Source: an uncultured Rhizobiaceae bacterium
GTDB lineage: Bacteria; Pseudomonadota; Alphaproteobacteria; Rhizobiales; Aestuariivirgaceae
Direction of reading: 5' to 3'
Assembly: GCA_964543235.1 (NCBI GenBank)
Contig: CAZIXE010000010.1
Location: forward strand, 11,276 to 75,275
DNA: 64,000 nucleotides
A program made the translations under genes and the position numbers. Under the pieces are notes generated by a model. That model saw nothing but the letters and a program-made list of their open reading frames with translations. It made no database searches and was not told the DNA's origin. The first letter of the stretch is position 1, and the number at the start of each line of letters is the position of its first letter. Positions 18,703 to 25,098 of this stretch are shown here, piece after piece.

Positions 18703-20247
18703 ATGATGGCCAGGAAAAAGAAACTGAAGGCAGTAGCGGCCCGCAAGGCAGCCGCTGTGAAACGCTCGGCGCCCGTCAAGGCCGCAAAGAAGAAGGCCGT
18801 GGCCCGGCCGGGGCGCAAGGCGGTTGCGGCGCCCCGCAAATCCGCCATGGCCCGCACCAGGACCGGCATGGTGGCGCTGGCGGCCAGGGCGCCGGCGGAA
18901 ACTAGGAAATACATCCTCGGCCGCTCCCAGATTTTCACGCCGGAAGTCATCAACGACATCCACATCAAGTCGGAGCTGGGCCGCTACCGCATGCGCGGCT
19001 TCTCGCTGTTCAAGAAGATCCCGCACTGGGATGACCTGACCTTCCTGCCGGGAACCCTGACCCGCTTCGTGATCGAGGGCTACCGCGAGAAGTGCGAGAC
19101 GAAGACGGTGATCGGCCCCCGCGCCAAACGTCCCATGGTGCTCGACATACCCGTCTATGTCACCGGCATGTCCTTCGGCGCGCTCTCCTATGAGGCGAAG
19201 ATCGCGCTCGCCCGCGGCGCCACCATGGCGGGATCGGCCACCTGTTCCGGCGAGGGCGGCATGATCCCCGACGAGCGCCGCTATTCGCAGAAATGGCTCT
19301 ACCAGTGCATCCAGTCGCGCTACGGCTTCAACCCGCACCATCTGCGTCTCGCCGATGCCTGCGAATTCTTCATCGGCCAGGGCTGCAAGGTGGGCCTGGG
19401 CGGCCATCTCATGGGCCAGAAGGTGACCGACCAGGTGGCCGAGATGCGCTCGCTCCCCGCCGGCATCGACCAGCGCTCGCCCGCCCGCCATCCCGACTGG
19501 CTAGGCCCCGACGATCTGGCGCTGAAGATCCAGGAGATCCGCGAAGCCACCAACTGGGAAATCCCGATCCAGCTCAAGCTCGGCGCCGCGCGCGTCTATG
19601 ATGACGTCCGCATGGCGGTGAAGTGCGATCCCGATTCGATCTATATTGACGGCATGGAAGGCGGCACCGGCGCCGGCCCCCACATTGCCACCGAAGACAC
19701 CGGCGTTCCCGGCATCGCCGCGATCCGCGAGGCGAGGCGCGCCATCGACGAACTGGGCAAGAAGGGCGAGATTTCGCTGATCTATGCCGGCGGCATCAGG
19801 AACGGCGGCGACGTCGCCAAGGCGCTGGCGCTTGGCGCCGATGCCATCGCCATCGGCCACTCGGTGATGATGGCGCTCAACTGCAACAAGCACATCGAGG
19901 GCGTCACCGACTATCCCAACGAGATCGGCGTCGAGGCGGGCTTCTGCTACCACTGCCACACCGGCCGCTGTCCGGTCGGCGTCGCCACCCAGGACCCGGT
20001 GCTGCGGAGCCGTCTCGACCCCGACAAGGCGGCCGAGCGCGTCTACAACTTCCTGCACACGCTCACCATGGAGGCCCAGCTTCTGGCGAGAGCCTGCGGC
20101 AAGACCAACATCCATTCGCTGGAGCCCGAGGACCTGGCCGCGCTGACCATGGAAGCTTCCGCCCTGTGCAAGATTCCGCTGGCCGGCACCAACTATGTGG
20201 TCGGCCACGAAGCGCTGGGAACCAGCGGCAACTATCACCGGTATTGA
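18703..20247 (+). CDS. FMN-binding glutamate-synthase family protein (GlxD / MgsC-like) with Lys/Ala-rich N-terminal extension
   Basis: ATG at 18703 or 18706 lies directly after a strong GAGGAGGA. The core resembles GltB domain 2 (SFGALS, GEGG, GGTGA, GGIRNG). The first ~65 residues are AKP-rich. Confidence 0.85.
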   Translation: MMARKKKLKAVAARKAAAVKRSAPVKAAKKKAVARPGRKAVAAPRKSAMARTRTGMVALAARAPAETRKYILGRSQIFTPEVINDIHIKSELGRYRMRGFSLFKKIPHWDDLTFLPGTLTRFVIEGYREKCETKTVIGPRAKRPMVLDIPVYVTGMSFGALSYEAKIALARGATMAGSATCSGEGGMIPDERRYSQKWLYQCIQSRYGFNPHHLRLADACEFFIGQGCKVGLGGHLMGQKVTDQVAEMRSLPAGIDQRSPARHPDWLGPDDLALKIQEIREATNWEIPIQLKLGAARVYDDVRMAVKCDPDSIYIDGMEGGTGAGPHIATEDTGVPGIAAIREARRAIDELGKKGEISLIYAGGIRNGGDVAKALALGADAIAIGHSVMMALNCNKHIEGVTDYPNEIGVEAGFCYHCHTGRCPVGVATQDPVLRSRLDPDKAAERVYNFLHTLTMEAQLLARACGKTNIHSLEPEDLAALTMEASALCKIPLAGTNYVVGHEALGTSGNYHRY

Positions 20248-20260
20248 GGAGGCAAGCGCC

Positions 20261-20674
20261 ATGGCAGGCACCAGCTACAAGGGCTCCGAGATCAGGGACG
20301 TCAACCAGTTCCTGAAGGACAAGGACGGCCTCTCCTCGAGCCGCGAGAAGGAGATCGGCCAGCACATCGGCTATCGCTACGATGTCAACCTGATCCCCGA
20401 CTACAAGCGGCTCACCCCCTTCCTCAAGGGCTACATGGAATACATGGGCTGGGACGACCTCAACTGGCTCGAGGATGTCCACATGGGCTACGAGGAGGGC
20501 GAACCGGCCATCTTCGACCGCAACTGCAACGGCTGGGTCCGCATTCCGAAGAAGGTGAAGCTCCCGGACAACCAGCAGGACCGTGACATGATGGCGAGGG
20601 AGCTCTTGATCAAGTTCCAGATGTCGCCGAACCACCCGATGGTGCAGCTCAACAAGGCCTACCGCAAGTTCTGA
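20261..20674 (+). CDS. hypothetical protein (137 aa), last gene of the Glx-like operon
   Basis: ATG at 20261 lies 13 nt after the GlxD-like stop and is preceded by GAGGAGG (20246-20252). The composition is balanced and I recognise no family. Confidence 0.6.
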   Translation: MAGTSYKGSEIRDVNQFLKDKDGLSSSREKEIGQHIGYRYDVNLIPDYKRLTPFLKGYMEYMGWDDLNWLEDVHMGYEEGEPAIFDRNCNGWVRIPKKVKLPDNQQDRDMMARELLIKFQMSPNHPMVQLNKAYRKF

Positions 20675-20693
20675 GCGGACAGATCGGCTTCTG

Positions 20694-21044
20694 TTACAGT
20701 GCGATCACCGTCCGCATCTCGTCATAGTCTGCCCTCAGTCCCGCCTCGTCACGCTCGATCAGCCCGGCTTGCGTCAAGGCTTCAACGTCCTCGAAAACCC
20801 GCTTGTAATCGCGCTCGAGGCTGCGCGCCAGTGCCGCCACGCTGGCGGCGGGATGCCGGTGCAAATGCCGCAGCAATTCGAATCGCTTGGGTGTCATGAC
20901 CTTTGCAAGCGTCTCCCAGGAGACGAAGGTTAGATGGTCTTCATTGACATTTTCGCCGCGCTCGGCCCGCCGCCAGGCGTCCACCACGCGCTTGGCGACC
21001 GCGTCGAAACCGCCGCCGACATGCACCTTAAGCACCTTGCTCAT
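20694..21044 (-). CDS. HTH DNA-binding antitoxin candidate (TumA-like / HVO_A0114-type)
   Basis: 116 aa with a winged-helix segment (RFELLRHLHRHPAASVAALARSLERDYKRVFEDVEALTQAGLIER). Its ATG overlaps the upstream stop (ATGA). Confidence 0.65.
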   Translation of the reverse strand: MSKVLKVHVGGGFDAVAKRVVDAWRRAERGENVNEDHLTFVSWETLAKVMTPKRFELLRHLHRHPAASVAALARSLERDYKRVFEDVEALTQAGLIERDEAGLRADYDEMRTVIAL

Positions 21045-21331
21045 ATCTTTTCTCCGCGAAGCGACTCGACATCTCGCCTGAAATCGGCAAGCAGGTCCTC
21101 GATCGAAGTGAACCGGTAACTCTCCTCCCGCTGCCCGTAGTGGCGGTGATCGCCCTTGCCCCGTTCGTTGTCGTAACCCACCAACCGTTCTCCGGGGCGG
21201 CCGTAGAACAGGGAATACTTGAGCCGGTGTGCCGACGGCGGGACTTTTTCCGGCACCCGCCAGATCCTGATCGTAAGAACTGCTCCATCGTCGAAAATCA
21301 TCCGTTCCTGAACGACAAGCTCAGCCTTCAT
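21041..21331 (-). CDS. TumE-like (DUF6516-type) toxin candidate
   Basis: 96 aa. It carries the YDNERGKGDHRH block that I associate with TumE-family toxins. It is the first gene of a 2-gene cassette in a locally lower-GC stretch. Confidence 0.65.
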   Translation of the reverse strand: MKAELVVQERMIFDDGAVLTIRIWRVPEKVPPSAHRLKYSLFYGRPGERLVGYDNERGKGDHRHYGQREESYRFTSIEDLLADFRRDVESLRGEKI

Positions 21332-21376
21332 ATGGCGGTGTATGCCATAGACCAGCTTATGGCGTCAAGCGCCATA
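21331..21376. promoter_or_regulatory. twin palindromes TATGGC-N7-GCCATA and TATGGCG-N5-CGCCATA
   Basis: Read directly at 21331-21349 and 21358-21376. The first overlaps the tumE-like start codon, so these are candidate autoregulatory operators. Confidence 0.45.
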
Positions 21377-21490
21377 TTCCGCCACCGGCTCGATCTGCAC
21401 CGTTTTCCGGTACGCTGTGAATGCCGGCACATCCACGTCGTTCGGAACATCGGGATCGGACAACCGAGTCTGTCGCAGGATCGAAAGCGC

Positions 21491-21519
21491 TTGACGGTGC
21501 CTTCTCCCGATTGTATGTT
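21491..21519 (+). promoter_or_regulatory. sigma70-like promoter TTGACG-N17-TATGTT
   Basis: The -35 lies at 21491-96 and the -10 at 21514-19. This is about 33 nt upstream of ATG 21552, with GAAGGG as the SD. Confidence 0.4.
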
Positions 21520-21551
21520 CATGTTATGTTCCATAGTTGTGAAGGGTCTTC

Positions 21552-22229
21552 ATGGATTGGGAACGAGCCATCCAGCGCAATCGCGATGCACTTCTGAACA
21601 TTGTCGCAACCGTCTTCGCCCTGCTGGGCCTGGAAGGCGGCGGCAGCGTTGCGCGCATTTCGCGTAGGCTTCACCGCGCCGCACTCCGCCTGCTGGTGCC
21701 CGCCGAAGCCGCCGCACGCCGCCTGATCGTCATTGCCGCGCGCGACATCGTCGTCGAACCGCGGCCCCTGCGCCCGCTGCCTCCCGGCGCCACCATCCCG
21801 AAAGGCGAGGGCGCGCGCTTCGCCTTCCGGCTCTGTGATCCGCCAAGGCATGGCTCCGGCTACCGCCCGTCTGCCGCTCCGCGCGCCATTCCCCGCATCC
21901 ATGTCTTCACCCCCGACCCGCGGGTCGCCGCCCTGTGGCCGCGGCCACAGCCGGCAGCGGCGCCACCGCCGGACCCGGACATCGACGCCGGGCGCCTGTG
22001 CCGGCGGCTTGCCGCCCTCAAGGCGGCCCTCGACGATCTGCCGCGCCAGGCGCGGCGTCTGGCCCGCTGGCGGGCGCGGCGCGAACATGCCCGGAATTGG
22101 GCCTCCGCCTCGCCGCTCCGCGCAGGCCCGCCGCCGGGCCACCGCAGGCAGCCGGTTTACGACGTCGATGACGTGCTTGGCGAATGCCACGGGCTTGCCC
22201 TCGATGTGCTGCATCCGGACACTTCCTGA
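21552..22229 (+). CDS. hypothetical Pro/Arg/Ala-rich protein (225 aa)
   Basis: The ORF has strongly G/C-biased third codon positions in this frame. It has its own promoter-like element and SD. The N-terminus is helical and the centre is proline-rich. I recognise no family. Confidence 0.5.
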   Translation: MDWERAIQRNRDALLNIVATVFALLGLEGGGSVARISRRLHRAALRLLVPAEAAARRLIVIAARDIVVEPRPLRPLPPGATIPKGEGARFAFRLCDPPRHGSGYRPSAAPRAIPRIHVFTPDPRVAALWPRPQPAAAPPPDPDIDAGRLCRRLAALKAALDDLPRQARRLARWRARREHARNWASASPLRAGPPPGHRRQPVYDVDDVLGECHGLALDVLHPDTS

Positions 22230-22250
22230 AACGCCGCGCCCGCCCCGATG

Positions 22251-22823
22251 TCACTCTGGCGGCGCAACGCCGCTGCTCTGCGCTGTCTTCCAGTCCGGCG
22301 TGAAGCCGAGCACGTCCGCCTCCTTCGGGATGTTCGGATTGAACAGCCGTGCCTGCCACAGGCTGGCCTCGCCTGCGGCATCTCCCGCCTTGAGCCGCTT
22401 CACCCGGCAGAACATGCGGAAGCTCTGGGAATACTGCGCGAAGTCGAGCAGCACGTCTCTTGCCCTGATGAGCCGGGCGGCAGTCTCGGAACCTGGCCCG
22501 AACACCGCCGTCATCTGGTCGGCGAACCGCTCCGGGAGCTGGAAATAGTCTGCCGCCATGTACTTGACGCCCGCTTCGCGCGCCTGCCGGGGATCGAAAT
22601 GCTTTTGCATTTGGAACCGGAAATAGGCCGTGCTCTCCTCCGGTTCGGCGGGAATGATGAGGATGTTCATGGCCGGGAGGATAACCTCGCCCTTGCGGCT
22701 GACCACGCGGGGCCGCATCGCCGCCAGCGGCTGGCCGCCATACTCGCGCGCCGATATTTGCCGGATCCGGCACTGCCAGCCGAGAAACTGCAGCCGGAAC
22801 ATCTGGTTGCTGATCCGCTTCAT
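22251..22823 (-). CDS. hypothetical protein (190 aa), divergent from tmm
   Basis: ATG at 22823. The composition is balanced and globular-looking, with no recognisable motif. It shares a 105-bp control region with tmm. Confidence 0.6.
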   Translation of the reverse strand: MKRISNQMFRLQFLGWQCRIRQISAREYGGQPLAAMRPRVVSRKGEVILPAMNILIIPAEPEESTAYFRFQMQKHFDPRQAREAGVKYMAADYFQLPERFADQMTAVFGPGSETAARLIRARDVLLDFAQYSQSFRMFCRVKRLKAGDAAGEASLWQARLFNPNIPKEADVLGFTPDWKTAQSSGVAPPE

Positions 22824-22855
22824 CGCGCGGCGCTTTGTCCTTTACATAAAGGTAT

Positions 22856-22889
22856 GGAATTGGGCTAATATTGGTCCAAATTGGATTCC
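22856..22889. promoter_or_regulatory. phased ATTGG boxes / palindrome TTGGTCCAA / GGAAT..ATTCC inverted repeat
   Basis: Boxes: AATTGG 22858-63, ATTGG 22870-74, AATTGG 22879-84. Spacing is about 10-11 bp. GAATTGGGC lies at 22857-65. Confidence 0.4.
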
Positions 22890-22928
22890 GCAAGCAAGTG
22901 ATTCCAACCCAACGGAGGAAACTTTCGC

Positions 22929-24269
22929 ATGACACGTGTCGCCGTCATCGGAGCGGGCCCGTCCGGCCTTGCCGCCCTCAGGGCTTTCCAGTCTGCCAGG
23001 AAGAAGGGGGCAAAGATCCCCGATATCGTCTGCTTCGAGAAGCAGGACGATTGGGGTGGGTTGTGGAAATACACCTGGCGCACCGGTCTCGACGAATACG
23101 GCGAACCCGTCCACTGCAGCATGTACCGTTACCTGTGGTCGAACGGTCCGAAGGAGTGCCTCGAATTCGCCGACTACACGTTCGAGGAGCATTTCGGCAA
23201 GCCGATCGCCTCCTATCCGCCTCGCGCCGTCCTCTGGGACTACATCGTCGGCCGCGTCAAGAAGGCGGGCGTGCGCAAATGGATCCGGTTCAACTCGCCC
23301 GTCCGCATGGTCGAGTGGAACCGGAAGAAGAAGAAGTTCCACGTCACCGTCCACGACCGGGTCAAGGACCGGATGTACGCGGAAGACTTTGACTACGTCA
23401 TCTGCGCCAGCGGTCACTTCTCGACGCCGCATGTGCCCTATTTCGAGGGTCTCGACACCTTCAACGGCCGCGTCCTTCATGCCCATGATTTTCGTGACGC
23501 ATTGGAGTTCAAGGGCAAAGATGTCATGGTCATCGGCCGCAGCTATTCGGCCGAGGACATCGGCTCGCAATGCTGGAAATACGGCGCACGCTCGGTCACC
23601 GCGAGCTACCGCTCCCGGCCCATGGGCTTCAAGTGGCCCAAGAATTTCGAGGAGCGCCCGCTGCTCCAGAAGGTCGTCAACAAGACCGCGCACTTCAAGG
23701 ATGGTTCGGCCAGGGAGGTTGATGCCATCATCCTGTGCACCGGCTACCTGCATCACTTCCCGTACCTGCCGGAAGACCTGCGCCTCAAGACTCACAACCG
23801 CATGTGGCCGCCCAATCTCTACAAGGGCGTCGTCTGGCAGGACAATCCGCGCTTCTTCTACATCGGCATGCAGGATCAGTTCTACACCTTCAACATGTTT
23901 GACGCCCAGGCCTGGTATGTTCGCGACATCATCCTCGGCCGCATCAGATTGCCCAAGCCGGATGCCATGAAGAAGGACTGGAAGAAGTGGCTGAAGCGCG
24001 AGGAGAAACTTGCCGATGCCGAGCAGATGATCTGGTTCCAGGGTGACTATGTGAAGGAGCTGATCGAGGCGACCGATTACCCGACCTTTGACATTGAAGG
24101 CGTCAACAAGACCTTCATGGAGTGGGAACACCACAAGATGGAAGACATCATGGGCTTCCGCAACCACTCCTACCGCTCGCTGATGACTGGCACCATGTCG
24201 CCGCCGCACCACACGCCCTGGAAGGAGGCGCTGGACGACAGTCTCGAGGCCTACCTCGCCAACAAGTAA
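22929..24269 (+). CDS. tmm: flavin-containing monooxygenase, trimethylamine-monooxygenase-like
   Basis: 446 aa with a GAGPSG FAD fold, the FMO-identifying motif [11 protein letters not shown] (FxGxxxHxxxF/Y) and an NADPH site GRSYSAED. Both size and sequence fit bacterial Tmm. Confidence 0.8.
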   Translation: MTRVAVIGAGPSGLAALRAFQSARKKGAKIPDIVCFEKQDDWGGLWKYTWRTGLDEYGEPVHCSMYRYLWSNGPKECLEFADYTFEEHFGKPIASYPPRAVLWDYIVGRVKKAGVRKWIRFNSPVRMVEWNRKKKKFHVTVHDRVKDRMYAEDFDYVICASGHFSTPHVPYFEGLDTFNGRVLHAHDFRDALEFKGKDVMVIGRSYSAEDIGSQCWKYGARSVTASYRSRPMGFKWPKNFEERPLLQKVVNKTAHFKDGSAREVDAIILCTGYLHHFPYLPEDLRLKTHNRMWPPNLYKGVVWQDNPRFFYIGMQDQFYTFNMFDAQAWYVRDIILGRIRLPKPDAMKKDWKKWLKREEKLADAEQMIWFQGDYVKELIEATDYPTFDIEGVNKTFMEWEHHKMEDIMGFRNHSYRSLMTGTMSPPHHTPWKEALDDSLEAYLANK

Positions 24270-24338
24270 GGCACTTTACCGGGCAAAGAAAAGGTGACAG
24301 GCTCGCCCGCCTGTCGCCTTATTCAATGGGAGCCCAGC

Positions 24339-25094
24339 ATGAACAAGCCTCACGAGCCGTCCTCTGCTTACAATGCCGCCCTGGCGCGCATGCAGCAGTT
24401 CATGTCGCCATCGCCGGTGCCCTCGATCTCGACCGAACTGCTTGTGACGGCCGACGGTGAACTCAACCGCGAACTCAACCATTTTCTGTTCGACCCGCCG
24501 TCGAATCCGAATCTGTTGAACGGCAAGACGATCGCCATCTGCTGCACCAATGGCGTGGAAGAGGTGGAGATTACCGGCTCGATCCGCTGGCTCACCGAGC
24601 ATGGCGCCACCGTCCACATCGTCGCGCCGCGCATCGGCGAGTTCCACCCGACGCTCGGGCTGCGCTTCCCGCCCATCTGCGCAACTCACGTGCTGGCCAT
24701 CCGCCTGATGGAAAACGCCGGCTGGCTGAAGATCGACCGCTATCTCGATGAAGCGAAGGTGGCCGACTATGACGCCGTGATCTTCCCCGGCGGGTGCTGG
24801 AACCCGGATGCGCTTCGCGCCGACCGGAATGCCCAGAAATTCGTGCAGGACATGCTGGCGGCGGGCAAGCCGACCTGCGGCATCTGCCACGGCCAGTGGG
24901 TGATGGTGAGCGCCGGCATCCTCAAGGGCAGGAAGGCCACCGCCGTCTGGAACATCCAGGTCGATCTCGCCAATGCCGGCGCCACGGTCCTCGACGAGCC
25001 TTGTGTCGTGGACGGCAACCTGATCACGGCGCGCTTCCCCTATGATCTGCCGCGCATGATCGATGCCCTGGTGAAGCAGCTGGTCAAGGCCTGA
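24339..25094 (+). CDS. DJ-1/PfpI-family protein with ~70-aa N-terminal extension
   Basis: ATG at 24339 follows GGGAG. A nucleophile elbow GICHGQ is present and the C-terminus is PfpI-like. At 251 aa it is longer than the ~170-190 aa I recall for PfpI. Confidence 0.8.
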   Translation: MNKPHEPSSAYNAALARMQQFMSPSPVPSISTELLVTADGELNRELNHFLFDPPSNPNLLNGKTIAICCTNGVEEVEITGSIRWLTEHGATVHIVAPRIGEFHPTLGLRFPPICATHVLAIRLMENAGWLKIDRYLDEAKVADYDAVIFPGGCWNPDALRADRNAQKFVQDMLAAGKPTCGICHGQWVMVSAGILKGRKATAVWNIQVDLANAGATVLDEPCVVDGNLITARFPYDLPRMIDALVKQLVKA

Positions 25095-25098
25095 GCCG

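Noticed and set aside
22842-24212. 456-aa minus-strand ORF
   Set aside because: It is antisense to the tmm-like FMO, which has all three signature motifs. The ORF itself has no recognisable motif.
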